NCBI GenBank assembly: GCA_964291495.2
Contig: OZ219871.1
Coordinates: forward strand, 384,001 to 448,000
Direction of reading: 5' to 3'
Length of the DNA stretch: 64,000 bases
DNA from: Dehalococcoidia bacterium
Lineage (GTDB): Bacteria; Chloroflexota; Dehalococcoidia; UBA2979
Positions 37,871-47,643 of this stretch are shown piece after piece. The notes below the pieces were generated by a model. It searched no databases, was not told the DNA's origin, and saw nothing but the letters and a program-made list of their open reading frames with translations. Both the position numbers and the translations under genes were made by a program. Numbering within the stretch: the first letter of the stretch is position 1; each line of letters begins with the position of its first letter.

Positions 37871-38866
37871 TCACTTGCCGGACAGCGCCAGACGCTCAAC
37901 CTCGGCGACGAACTCGTCGACGCCGATCGAGCCGGGCTCGATGCCGTTGCGGACGCAGTGGTTGGCTGCCTGCTGGAGGGCGCGGTTCCACGGCGTGGGG
38001 ACGCCGTGGAGCGCGCCGATCAATACGATCTCGCCGTTGACGTAGTCCGTCTCCACGCTGCGGTTGCCCCGTTGCACTCCCTGCCAGACAGAGCTGGTGA
38101 ACTCGCCGTGGCCGGGGATCTCGCCCCACTCGAAGCCGGGCGCACGCCCGGCCGCCGCCGACTCCTCGCGTGAGGCGTAGTCGATGCCTGCGGCGTCGAA
38201 GACCGCCTCCGTCTCCGCCTCGAGGCGCGCGCGCAGCGCGGCGGTGTCCGCGCCGGGGCCGAAGACGGCGGGGAAGGCGGCTCCGAGGTTGCGGATCAGC
38301 TTGTGGTACTTCCAGCGCATCACCTGCGCCTCGACCTCGCCGCGGAAGCCGGCGGCTGTCAGGTCGGCGGCGATGGAGCGCACGAGGTTGTCGGCGCCCT
38401 CGGGGTAGCGGCCCATGACCAGCGTGCCGCCGCCGCTCTTGTCGTAGCTGAGCACCAGGCCGGGCTCGACGAAGGAGGTGGCGACGAGCACCTCGACGGC
38501 GTAGACGCGCTCGAAGCGGCGCAGCGCCATGCGCTCGTTCTCGATGCCGTTCTGGGTGCAGACCACGGGCAGGTCGGCCCCGCCGGCCAGGCGCAGCTCG
38601 TCGAGGGCGTCCGTGCAGTCCTGCGATCGCATCGTGAGGAAGACGACGTCGTCCTCCCAGAAGTCGACCTCATGCGGGCTGGCGACGGCGGGGATGCGCA
38701 GCTCGAGCGTGTCGGCGGGCGTCTTGACCGTGAGCCCGCGCTTGCGGATGGCGTCGAGGTGCGGGCCGCGCGCGATCAGGACCACCTCGCGACCGCTGGC
38801 GAAGAGCCGCGCGCCGATGGTGCAGCCGATGCCGCCGGCGCCGTAGATCACGTAGCGGTTGGGCAT
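37871..38866 (-). CDS. Ketopantoate reductase family protein (paralogue of 25815-26786)
   Basis: YGAGGIG, CTQNG, WKYHKL, VFGPGADTAA, ETDYVNGE. Confidence 0.85.
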   Translation of the reverse strand: MPNRYVIYGAGGIGCTIGARLFASGREVVLIARGPHLDAIRKRGLTVKTPADTLELRIPAVASPHEVDFWEDDVVFLTMRSQDCTDALDELRLAGGADLPVVCTQNGIENERMALRRFERVYAVEVLVATSFVEPGLVLSYDKSGGGTLVMGRYPEGADNLVRSIAADLTAAGFRGEVEAQVMRWKYHKLIRNLGAAFPAVFGPGADTAALRARLEAETEAVFDAAGIDYASREESAAAGRAPGFEWGEIPGHGEFTSSVWQGVQRGNRSVETDYVNGEIVLIGALHGVPTPWNRALQQAANHCVRNGIEPGSIGVDEFVAEVERLALSGK

Positions 38867-39009
38867 GCGTCCTCCCTCGGGCATTGGTAGGCGACGGCGC
38901 GGCGCTTGTCCAGCCTGCGCAGCGCGCGCCGGGGCGCGGATCGCGTCGCCACGACGCGCCGCGTGCTGTAGAGTGCGGCGCGGCAAACACACAGGGAAGG
39001 ACGGCACTC

Positions 39010-40254
39010 TTGACTAAAGGCTCAGGCTTGCTTCGAGGCAAGTACGCAGTCGTCGGCGTTGGCGAGACCGAGTACTCGCGCAACTCCGGGCGCACCACGC
39101 GGCAGATGGGCGTGGAGGCGGTGAAGAAGGCGATCGACGACTCCGGCCTCGACTACAACAGCACCAGTTGGGGCACGACCTGCTACCAGGTCGGCGACGC
39201 AGCCGGCTCGGAGATTGTCTTCTCCGACCTCGGCGTGCGGTTGGACTACCAGGTGGACACCTGGGGCGGCGGGTCGTCCTCGGAGACGCTGATCGGGCTT
39301 GCGATCGGTGCGCTCGAGGCCGGGCTCTGTGACGCGATGGTCGTCTACCGGACGATGAACGGCTTCACGGAGATGCGCATCGGCGGCACGCCCGTGGGCG
39401 CGCCGGCGGGGCCGCCCCCGTTCATGACGCGCCACGGCGACCACACGATGCACAGCCGCATCTACGGCATCGCCAGCGCGCTGCAGAACTTCGGGCTGAG
39501 CTTCGTGCGCCACATGTACGAGTACGGCACCACGCCCGAGCAGCTCGCGCACGTCAAGGTGGCGCACAGCAAGGGCGCCTCCAACAACCCGAAGGCGTAC
39601 TACAAGCAGCGCCTCACCGTCGACGACGTGCTCAACTCCCGCTACATCGTCGAGCCGTTCCACCTGCTCGACTGCTGCGTGGAGACGGACAACGCGACGG
39701 CGATCGTGATCACCAACACGGAGCGGGCGCGCGACCTGCCGAGGCCGAACGTCGCGATCCTCGGAACGGGCGGGCGCACCCACAAGTGGGCGCCCGATTA
39801 CCACTGGGGCCACGGGCCGATCAACCAGGTGGGCGGCATCTACACGAAGGACGTGGTCTTCCCCAACGCCGGCATCGGGCCGGAGGACGTGGACATCACC
39901 GGCTCCTACGACGCCTTCACCTTCACGACGCTGCTGCAGCTGGAGGCCTACGGCTTCTGCCCGATCGGCGAAGGCGGCAACTACGTCTCCGACGGCACCA
40001 TCGAGCTCGGCGGCAAGCGGCCCAACAACCCCTCCGGCGGCCACCTCTGCGAGGGCTACACGCACGGGATGAACATGGTCATCGAGAACGTGCGCCAGCT
40101 CCGCGGCGAGGTCGACGACTACTGCGAGGGCGATCACAGCTACGACTACAGCGAGGGCGCCTGCCGCCAGGTGCGCGATCCGGAGATCACGATGAACCTC
40201 GGCTGGGCCCAGCCGCCGACCGGTTCGTCGCTGGTCATGACGAACCAGGTCTAG
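39010..40254 (+). CDS. Thiolase-superfamily SCP-x/Ltp2-like protein (TTG start inferred)
   Basis: VGVGET, HLLDCCVETD, YDAFT, NPSGGHLCEGYTHGMN..E.VRQLRG. Confidence 0.85.
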   Translation: MTKGSGLLRGKYAVVGVGETEYSRNSGRTTRQMGVEAVKKAIDDSGLDYNSTSWGTTCYQVGDAAGSEIVFSDLGVRLDYQVDTWGGGSSSETLIGLAIGALEAGLCDAMVVYRTMNGFTEMRIGGTPVGAPAGPPPFMTRHGDHTMHSRIYGIASALQNFGLSFVRHMYEYGTTPEQLAHVKVAHSKGASNNPKAYYKQRLTVDDVLNSRYIVEPFHLLDCCVETDNATAIVITNTERARDLPRPNVAILGTGGRTHKWAPDYHWGHGPINQVGGIYTKDVVFPNAGIGPEDVDITGSYDAFTFTTLLQLEAYGFCPIGEGGNYVSDGTIELGGKRPNNPSGGHLCEGYTHGMNMVIENVRQLRGEVDDYCEGDHSYDYSEGACRQVRDPEITMNLGWAQPPTGSSLVMTNQV

Positions 40255-40284
40255 GCGACCGGCCAGCGAAGAGGAGCAATATCA

Positions 40285-40794
40285 ATGGCTGAATACCTCG
40301 GGGCCGGCGTCTTCGTCCCGGAGAACGACCCGCAGCATCGCGAGTACCTCACGGAGGCCGCCAAGGGCTACCTCCCGCTGCAGCAGTGCGACGACTGCGG
40401 CGCCAGGATCTACCCCGTGCGCACGATGTGCCCGGAGTGTCGCGGCAGCGACATGACCTGGGTTCCGGCATCGGGCAAGGGCACGATCTACTCCTACTAC
40501 ATCGTCCCGCACCCGATTAATCCTGCGTTCAAGGACTTCGTCCCCTACCCGGTCATCCTCGTCGAGCTCGACGAGGATCGCGGGGCGCTGGGCGAGCATC
40601 GCGCGCTGCGGATTGTCGGCAACCTGCTGGGCGAGGACGGCAACCCCGCGCCTCGCGAGGATGTCGCGATCGGCAAGCGCGTCGAGGTCACGATCATCGA
40701 CCTCGGCGACGGGTGGGGGCTGCCGCAGTGGAAGCTCTCCGGCGAGCCGGACGAGCACGAGGCGTGGCAGATCCCGCACAGCTACCCGCCCTAG
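40285..40794 (+). CDS. DUF35 Zn-ribbon/OB-fold protein
   Basis: QQCDDCG..CPECR, SGKGTIYSY, PY..ILVELDE. Confidence 0.9.
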   Translation: MAEYLGAGVFVPENDPQHREYLTEAAKGYLPLQQCDDCGARIYPVRTMCPECRGSDMTWVPASGKGTIYSYYIVPHPINPAFKDFVPYPVILVELDEDRGALGEHRALRIVGNLLGEDGNPAPREDVAIGKRVEVTIIDLGDGWGLPQWKLSGEPDEHEAWQIPHSYPP

Positions 40795-40829
40795 GAAAAC
40801 CGAGCGCCGGCGGCGCGTCAGGAACACCT

Positions 40830-40857
40830 CGAGGGGGCGGCACGAGCCGCCCCCTCG
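40830..40857 (+). terminator. Hairpin after DUF35 gene
   Basis: CGAGGGGGCGGC-ACGA-GCCGCCCCCTCG 12-bp perfect stem. Confidence 0.6.
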
Positions 40858-40924
40858 CTGTATCCTCCTCGTTGCGCCCGACTCCCCCCACAACGCCCGG
40901 CGCGATGAGGGATGGGATGATCCG

Positions 40925-41632
40925 GTGACGGCTGCGGACCGCCATCCCTCGCGCTCCCTCTTCGCCGGACCGTTACGCATCGCGCATCGTGGCGGCAACA
41001 CACTCCGGCGACTGGCCGACGCACAGCGCTGGGGCGTCGACGTGGTGGAACTCGATCTCTGGCTGCACCGCGGGCGGCTCGACGTCCGGCATGCGGGGGC
41101 GGCGGGAGTGCTCCCGCTGCTGCGCGAGGGCTGGAGGCTGCGGCCTGGGCGGCCGGGCCGCCTGCAACTCGCCGGCGTGCTCAACGCCGCCGGGCCACGC
41201 ACGCGCCTGATGCTGGATCTCAAGGGCCGGAACCCCCGCCTGCCCGGCTCCGCGATCGAGGTCATGGCGCAGCTCCGCCCCGGCGAGCCCTACATCGTGA
41301 GCGCGCGGCACTGGGAGTTGCTCACTCCCTTCCGCGCGCTCCCGCACGTACTGACCGTCTACTCCTGCGGATCCGCCGACGAGCTGATGGCAGCGCTCGA
41401 CCTCGCGCGAGGGGGCGGGCTGCCGGCGGTGGGAGCGCACCGCCGCAACCTCGACGCGAAGCGGGTGGCGGACCTGCGCGAGCAGGTGCCGGAGCTCTTC
41501 GCCTGGGCCGTGGACAGCGGCCGGCACGCCCGCGAGCTCGTCGAGTGGGGCGTGACGGGCATCGTCAGCGACGACTTCCACGTGTTGCACGGCCTGAGCC
41601 AGCTGCGGCGGGAGGAGGCTGTGGTCGGGTAG
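40925..41632 (+). CDS. Glycerophosphodiester phosphodiesterase family protein (start uncertain)
   Basis: IAHRGG, GVDVVELD, MLDLK, AWAVD, GVTGIVSD. Confidence 0.8.
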   Translation: MTAADRHPSRSLFAGPLRIAHRGGNTLRRLADAQRWGVDVVELDLWLHRGRLDVRHAGAAGVLPLLREGWRLRPGRPGRLQLAGVLNAAGPRTRLMLDLKGRNPRLPGSAIEVMAQLRPGEPYIVSARHWELLTPFRALPHVLTVYSCGSADELMAALDLARGGGLPAVGAHRRNLDAKRVADLREQVPELFAWAVDSGRHARELVEWGVTGIVSDDFHVLHGLSQLRREEAVVG

Positions 41633-41683
41633 AGTGCGGGCCGCAGGGCGTCACCGGCGCCGGCACGCACGGGAGGACACACC

Positions 41684-42499
41684 ATGACGACCACCGCGAA
41701 TCCCCAAATCCTCACCGCCCACTACGATGACAAGACCGTCGCATCGCTGCTGTTCGACTTCTTCGCCGTCGACGGCGACGCCGGCCTCGAGGGCTACCTG
41801 GATGATCGGGCGCGGCCGCTGCTGGACGAGGGCACGGCGGCGGCGGCGAACATCTTCGAGCTGCGCGAGCAGGAGGTGCCGGCCACACCGCTCGCGCGCG
41901 GCATCAACCAGGGCCTGACCGAGGCGTACGAGGACCGGCTCTGGCTCCACCTCGATCGCGAGGCGCCGAGCGACGCCGTCCCCGACCGGGCGCGTCCGGC
42001 CGCCGTCTACGGCGCCGCCTACCAGCTCGCCGGTAACGACTTCGGCGCGCTGGCCGCCATGCCGGAGGCCGCGGGACGCTCCGTGATCAGCACCGGCGCC
42101 TACAGCAAGATCATCGACTTTGGCCGACCCGACCCGACGAGCGACGACGCCTTCGAGGGCGCGATGATCGTCTTCACGCACCCGACGGACCTCGGCTATG
42201 TCGAGTCCTTCAACGACTGGTACACGACGAACCACATGATCGATGTCGCCAAGTCGCCGCCGTTCCGCAGCGCGACGCGCTACCTCCTCGAACGCCGCAT
42301 CGAGGGGACGCCGCTGCCCTACCTCTGCATCTACGAGGTGGAGGCGCCGTGGAGCGAGCGGATGCACATCGACATGATGCAGCAGGTGGGCATCGACCCG
42401 TGGCCGCAGCGTGAGTCGCAGCCAGTCACCGAGGGCGGGCAGGGCGTGCTGATGATCGATTTCTGGGGCTACTTCCAGCGCGCCTGGCACGCCTCGTAG
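41684..42499 (+). CDS. Hypothetical protein with EthD/DUF4286-like C-terminal domain
   Basis: SD GGAGG; FNDWY..NHM.DV...PF.SATRY...YLCIYE. Confidence 0.6.
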   Translation: MTTTANPQILTAHYDDKTVASLLFDFFAVDGDAGLEGYLDDRARPLLDEGTAAAANIFELREQEVPATPLARGINQGLTEAYEDRLWLHLDREAPSDAVPDRARPAAVYGAAYQLAGNDFGALAAMPEAAGRSVISTGAYSKIIDFGRPDPTSDDAFEGAMIVFTHPTDLGYVESFNDWYTTNHMIDVAKSPPFRSATRYLLERRIEGTPLPYLCIYEVEAPWSERMHIDMMQQVGIDPWPQRESQPVTEGGQGVLMIDFWGYFQRAWHAS

Positions 42500-42554
42500 G
42501 CGATTCGCCGCGTCGCGCCGTTGACGCGAGGCGACGAGGGCGGACAATGGGCGC

Positions 42555-42893
42555 GTGACCGCCTCCGAGACGACGACGCGCACCGCGCCGGCGGAAACCG
42601 CGACGCCGGATACCGGGCAGCAGCTCGCGCCCCGCTACCACCTGGTGCTGCTCGACGACGACTACCACACGTACGCCTACGTCATCGAGATGCTGGGCCG
42701 CATCTTCGGCTACGGGAAGGAGAAGGCGTTCGCCCTCGCCCGCATTGTCGACACGCAGGGGCGGGTGATCGTTGAGACGGCCGGGCACGAGCAGGTGACG
42801 CGCAACCAGGAGAAGATCCACGGCTACGGCGCGGACCCGCGCATCGCCACCTCGCAGGGCTCGATGTCGGCGCTGGTCGAGGAGGCTCCGTGA
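42555..42893 (+). CDS. clpS: ClpS adaptor (paralogue 2)
   Basis: PRYHLVLLDDDYHTYAYVIEML..IFG...A..VDTQGRVIV; leaderless promoter TTGACG-N16-GACAAT. Confidence 0.8.
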   Translation: MTASETTTRTAPAETATPDTGQQLAPRYHLVLLDDDYHTYAYVIEMLGRIFGYGKEKAFALARIVDTQGRVIVETAGHEQVTRNQEKIHGYGADPRIATSQGSMSALVEEAP

Positions 42894-44461
42894 CGCTCGG
42901 GGCGCCCGGCGTGATCGCGCCCGGGACGGTCGTGCGCGCACCCGTCGAGGGGCCGCTCAACATCGCCCGCGCGTGCCTCGAGGCGCGCGCCCGCGACCCG
43001 GCCTTCGCCGACGAGCCGGCGTTCAGCTTCCTCTACGGCGACCGCACGGAGCGCTGGACCTACGCCGAGGCATGGGCGCGCGTGGAGCGCATCGGGCGCG
43101 GGTTGCTGGCGCGCGGCCTGCAGCCGGGCGACCGCGTGCTGGTGCGCACGCCGCACTCGCCGGACTACGCCTTCGCCTTCTTCGGCGCGAACGCCGCCGG
43201 GCTGGCCCCAATCCCCGCTTCGCCGCAGCTGACGCCCGCCGAGGCCGCGTTCCTCTGCGCCGACGCCGAGCCGCGCGCAGCCGTCACCTCAGCCGACCTG
43301 CCGCTGCCCGGCTTCGACGGCCTTCAGATCGACGCCGCCGACCTCGACACGCTCGACGGCGACGCCGCGCTGCCGCAGACCCAGGCCGAGGATCCGGCGT
43401 TCCTGATCTACACCTCGGGGACGCAGGCCAGCCCGAAGGGCGTGCTGCACGCGCAGCGCACCCTCTACGGGCGCGCGCTGATGTGGGGTGCCTGGGAAGG
43501 CTTCGAGGCCGGCGACGTCGCGCTGCACGCCGGGACGCTGAACTGGTCGTACACGCTCGGCGTCGGGCTGATGGACGTCTGGGCGGTCGGCGGGCACGCG
43601 ATGCTCTACGGCGGCCCGCCGGACCCGGCGATCTGGTCTCGGCTGATCGCCGAGCACGGCGTCAACGTCTTCACCGCCGTCCCCACCGTGTACCGCCAGC
43701 TGCTCAAGTACGGGGCGCCCGAGGACACCGACCTCTCGTCGCTTCGTCACTGCCTCTGCGCCGCCGAGCCGCTGCTACCCGCGCTCGCCGACGAGTGGGC
43801 CGCGAAGGTGGGGACGGAGATGTTCGAGGCGCTCGGCATGACCGAGGTCAGCACCTACATCTCCTCGGGTCCGGCGACGCCCGTGCGGCCCGGCTCGCCC
43901 GGACGGCCCCAGCCCGGCCGCCGCGTCGTGATCCTGCCCGAGGACGGCGCTGCGCCGGGCGCGGACCAGCCGCTGCCGCCGGGTGAGGTGGGGCTGCTCG
44001 CCGTCCACCGAACGGACCCGGGCCTGATGCTCGGCTACTGGCGACGGCCGGACGAGGAGGCCTCGGTCTACCGTGGCGAGTGGTTCGCGGGCGGCGACCT
44101 CGCGGCGATGGACGAGGACGGCTACATCTGGTTCCACGGCCGCGCCGACGACGTCATCAAGTCGTTTGGCTTCCGCCTCTCCCCGGTCGAGATCGAGGCG
44201 GCGATCGAGTCCTGCCCCGGCGTCTCCGAGGTCGCCGTCGTCGGCGTGCCGATCGACCCGACGAAGACGCTCGTCACGGCCTGCGTGGTGCCGCAGGACG
44301 GCGTGCGCCTCGAGGAAGACGCGCTGCGGGCGCACGCCGAGGACAGGCTCGCCGGCTACAAGCAGCCGCACGAGTACCGGCTCGTCGACGAGCTTCCGCG
44401 TACGCGCAACGGCAAGGTGCAACGCAAGGTGCTGCTCGCAAGCCTGCGCGGGGACGTGTAG
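42890..44461 (+). CDS. Acyl-CoA synthetase (AMP-binding)
   Basis: YTSGT..PKG, GMTE, GD, GRADD, PRTRNGK. Confidence 0.92.
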   Translation: MTLGAPGVIAPGTVVRAPVEGPLNIARACLEARARDPAFADEPAFSFLYGDRTERWTYAEAWARVERIGRGLLARGLQPGDRVLVRTPHSPDYAFAFFGANAAGLAPIPASPQLTPAEAAFLCADAEPRAAVTSADLPLPGFDGLQIDAADLDTLDGDAALPQTQAEDPAFLIYTSGTQASPKGVLHAQRTLYGRALMWGAWEGFEAGDVALHAGTLNWSYTLGVGLMDVWAVGGHAMLYGGPPDPAIWSRLIAEHGVNVFTAVPTVYRQLLKYGAPEDTDLSSLRHCLCAAEPLLPALADEWAAKVGTEMFEALGMTEVSTYISSGPATPVRPGSPGRPQPGRRVVILPEDGAAPGADQPLPPGEVGLLAVHRTDPGLMLGYWRRPDEEASVYRGEWFAGGDLAAMDEDGYIWFHGRADDVIKSFGFRLSPVEIEAAIESCPGVSEVAVVGVPIDPTKTLVTACVVPQDGVRLEEDALRAHAEDRLAGYKQPHEYRLVDELPRTRNGKVQRKVLLASLRGDV

Positions 44462-44482
44462 CCGCTCCGACCGCGGCAGCAC

Positions 44483-45544
44483 CTACAGCGCCGCGGGCGA
44501 CTCGGCGAAGACGGCAGGCGTGCGGCGCAGCTGCAGCGCGACGCGGTCGAGGCGCGCGAACTCCTCCCCCGGCCCCACGCGGACGCGCAGTTCCTCGCCG
44601 CCGGCAAGGCGCACGTGCAGCATCTGGTCGTGGCCGTAGAACTCGTGGCCGCAGACCTCGGCGGGGGCTCCCTGCTCGCGCAGCAGCACGTCCTCGGGGC
44701 GGATCACGACGGCGCAGCGGCTCGCCCCGGGCGGCGCGGGCAGGTCGCCGAACGGGGTGCGCACGAGGCCGGCGGCGGCGGGCAGCCGCAGCACCATCGC
44801 ATCACCGATGCTCTCCGCGACACGCAGCGTGCCCGGCTCCAGGTAGATCTGCTGCGGCGTGCCGTGCTGCTCGACGCGCCCGTCCCAGAGGAAGGCGACG
44901 CGGTCGGCGATCGAAAGCGCCTCCTCCTGGTCGTGCGTGACCAGGATCGTCGTCGTGCCCGCGCGGCGCAGGATCTCGCGCAACTCGCCGCGCACCCGCG
45001 CGCGCAGCGAGGGATCGAGGTTGGAGAACGGTTCGTCGAGCAGCAGCAGCCGTGGCCGCGGCGCGAGCGCCCTCGCGAGTGCGGTGCGCTGCTGCTCGCC
45101 GCCGGACAGTTCGTGCACGGCGCGCCTGCCGAGGCCGCCGAGGCCGGTCAGCTCGAGCACCTCGCGCACGCGCGCCGCGCGGTCCGCGCCGCGCGGGAGG
45201 CCGTAGGCGACGTTGTCTTCGACGGAGAGGTGCGGGAAGAGCGCGTAGTCCTGGAATACCATGCCCACGCCGCGGCGCTCCGGAGCCACGAACGCGCCCT
45301 CGCCGGCCACGCGCTCGCCGAACAGCTCGATCGCGCCCTCGTCGGGGTGCTCGAAACCGGCGATCAGGCGCAGCGCGGTCGTCTTGCCGGAACCGCTCGC
45401 GCCGAGGATGACGCACAGCTCGCCGGCGGCGACGTCGAGGTCCAGCCCATCGAGCGCCCGCACGCCATCGAAGTTGCGCACGAGGCCGCGCGCGCGCAGT
45501 GCGGGCGCATCGTGAGTCGCGGCACCGGATACGTGCTCAGGCAT
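44483..45544 (-). CDS. Iron(III)-type ABC ATP-binding protein (FbpC-like)
   Basis: GASGSGKT, GMVFQDYALFPHL, LSGGEQQR, DEPFSNLD, THDQEEA. Confidence 0.9.
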   Translation of the reverse strand: MPEHVSGAATHDAPALRARGLVRNFDGVRALDGLDLDVAAGELCVILGASGSGKTTALRLIAGFEHPDEGAIELFGERVAGEGAFVAPERRGVGMVFQDYALFPHLSVEDNVAYGLPRGADRAARVREVLELTGLGGLGRRAVHELSGGEQQRTALARALAPRPRLLLLDEPFSNLDPSLRARVRGELREILRRAGTTTILVTHDQEEALSIADRVAFLWDGRVEQHGTPQQIYLEPGTLRVAESIGDAMVLRLPAAAGLVRTPFGDLPAPPGASRCAVVIRPEDVLLREQGAPAEVCGHEFYGHDQMLHVRLAGGEELRVRVGPGEEFARLDRVALQLRRTPAVFAESPAAL

Positions 45545-47174
45545 CGCGCCTCCAGAGCGTGAGCAACGCGAGTGGGAGGGCGGAGAGCAGGACCAGCAGC
45601 AGCGCGGGCAGCGCGGCACGTGCGAAGAACGCCTCGCTCGAGGCGGCCCACACCTGTGCCGCGAGCGGCTCGAAGCCGATCGGGCTGAGGATCAGGGTCG
45701 CGGGCAGCTCCTTCATCGTGGTCAGGAAGACGAGCGCCATGCCGACGGCGATGCCTCGGCTGGCAAGCGGGAGCGTGATCGAGCCCAGCACCTGCCAGGG
45801 GCGCCGCCCCAGTCCGCTCGCCGCTTCCTCCATCGAGGGGCTGATCTGCAGCAGCGAGGCGCGTGTCGCTCCGAGTGCCTGCGGCAGGAAGAGCAGCGCA
45901 TAGCCCGCCACGAGCAGCCCCAGCGACTGGTAGAGCCAGCCGCCGAACAGCCCTCCGGCGAACGACTCGCCGTGCAGCGCGGCGAAGACGAGCGCCAGAG
46001 CCACCACCAGCCCGGGCAGCGCGAAGCCGCTGTGGCTCAGCAACTCGATCGGCTGCGTCAGCGCGAAGCGGCGATGCCGCGCCGAGAGCACGGCGACGGG
46101 GATCGCGGCCGCCGCCGCGACCAGCGCGGCGAGACCGGAGGCGGTCAGCGAGTCCAGCACCGCGGCGCCCACGCCGTGCAGCGCCTCCCCGGCCGCCAGC
46201 CCGCGCACCAGCCAGAAGCCGAGCAGCGCGAGCGGCAGGGCGAGCGCCAGCGCGAGCAGCCCCGTGACGAAGCCGAACGCCGGCCAGCGCCAGCGGCCGA
46301 GCGGCGCCACCGAGGCGGGACGCGAGCCGGCTCGCGTGCCGTGGTAGCGGCGCTCGCCGCGCGCCCACAGCTCGATGGCGATCAGCGTGAAGGCGATGCC
46401 GATCAGCACGAGCGCGAGGGCCGAGGCCCCTGAGAAGTCGAACCCGGACTCGTAGCGCACGAACAGCGCCCGCGTCAGCGTGTCATAGCGCAACAGCGCA
46501 ACCGCGCCGAAGTCAGAGATCGCATAGAGAGCGACGAGCAGCCCGCCCGCCGCCAGCGCCGGCCGCAACTGCGGCAGGACCACCCGGCGGAACGTGGTCC
46601 AGCGCCCGGAGCCGAGGCCGCGCGATGTCTCCTCGAGGCGCGGGTCCAGGCCGAGCAGCGCGGGACGCAGCGTCAGCAGCAGGTAGGGGTAGGTGAACAG
46701 CGCGAGCACGAGGGTCGCGCCGGGGAAGCCATAGATCGAGGGCAGGCGCTGCACGCCGAGCGGCTCGAGGGCGTCCTGCACCAGCCCCGTCGGTCCGAAG
46801 GCGGAGACCGCCAGCATCGCGGCGATGTAGGAGGGCACGGCGAGCGGCAGCGCGGCGAGAATTCCCAGCGTGCGCCTGGCGGGCAGGTCCGTGCGCGTCG
46901 TCAGCCAGGCGAGCGGCAGCGCGATCGCGGCGGCAAGCGCCGTCGTGCTCGCGGCGAGTGCGGCCGTGCGCAGCGCCAGGCCGAGCGTCGAGCTCGCCGC
47001 GACGGCCTCCCACGCGGCCTCGGGCGACTGTCCCGCCCGGACCAGCAGATAGACGGGCGGGATCGCACAGAGGGCGCCGACCAGCAGGGCGGGCAGCAGG
47101 ATCACCGGCGGCGGCCAGCCGTGGCCGATCAGCGGCGCACGGCGAGCCGGCAGTGCGATCAGCCGCGCTGTCAT
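45537..47174 (-). CDS. Iron(III) ABC permease (FbpB-like)
   Basis: TDLP.RR, LPLAVPSY, ISDFGAV, EEAA..LG, MKELPATL. Confidence 0.9.
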   Translation of the reverse strand: MTARLIALPARRAPLIGHGWPPPVILLPALLVGALCAIPPVYLLVRAGQSPEAAWEAVAASSTLGLALRTAALAASTTALAAAIALPLAWLTTRTDLPARRTLGILAALPLAVPSYIAAMLAVSAFGPTGLVQDALEPLGVQRLPSIYGFPGATLVLALFTYPYLLLTLRPALLGLDPRLEETSRGLGSGRWTTFRRVVLPQLRPALAAGGLLVALYAISDFGAVALLRYDTLTRALFVRYESGFDFSGASALALVLIGIAFTLIAIELWARGERRYHGTRAGSRPASVAPLGRWRWPAFGFVTGLLALALALPLALLGFWLVRGLAAGEALHGVGAAVLDSLTASGLAALVAAAAAIPVAVLSARHRRFALTQPIELLSHSGFALPGLVVALALVFAALHGESFAGGLFGGWLYQSLGLLVAGYALLFLPQALGATRASLLQISPSMEEAASGLGRRPWQVLGSITLPLASRGIAVGMALVFLTTMKELPATLILSPIGFEPLAAQVWAASSEAFFARAALPALLLVLLSALPLALLTLWRRDA

Positions 47175-47251
47175 CGCCACCCCCGCGTCTGCCTGCAGCG
47201 CACCGGACGCGCTGTCGAGCCTGCCCGAAGAGCATCGTACGGGCGACGGCT

Positions 47252-47285
47252 CGATATTCGCCACACCTAACGTCGTGAAATCGTA
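47252..47285 (-). promoter_or_regulatory. -10 box and possible DtxR/IdeR-like box upstream of iron ABC genes
   Basis: Minus strand TGG-TACGAT followed by TTAGGTGTGGCGAATATCG, a partial match to the TTAGGTTAGGCTAACCTAA-type consensus. Confidence 0.3.
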
Positions 47286-47485
47286 CCAGCATTGCTGGCA
47301 ACGCGCGCGCCACACAGGCGGGTAGCGCGCCCGGACTGACGGACCGGCAACGCCGCGGCTATCCGCCGCCGCCAGTCCATCATGGGCAGCGAGGACAGTG
47401 TCCCCCTCGCCAGGCGTGACGCCCGGCCGCGCAGGCCGTACGCTCGGGTCCACGGCGACTGCCGGTGGAGATGGAGGCGCCTTCG

Positions 47486-47599
47486 ATGAACCTGCTCGAG
47501 GATCCCGGCCGCTTCCACTGGAAGTGGATCGCCATCGCCGTGGGGCTGCTGGTCCTCTACGCGATCGAGCGCACGATCCGCACCGGCGGGCTCTTCTAG
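47486..47599 (+). CDS. Small (37 aa) single-pass membrane protein
   Basis: GGAGG SD; MNLLEDPGRFHWKWIAIAVGLLVLYAIERTIRTGGLF; nearly all codons end in G/C; below ORF-track cutoff. Confidence 0.6.
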   Translation: MNLLEDPGRFHWKWIAIAVGLLVLYAIERTIRTGGLF

Positions 47600-47643
47600 C
47601 GGCCGCTCTCGAACCGGGCCGATCGAGGCGGAGGGCCGTACCG

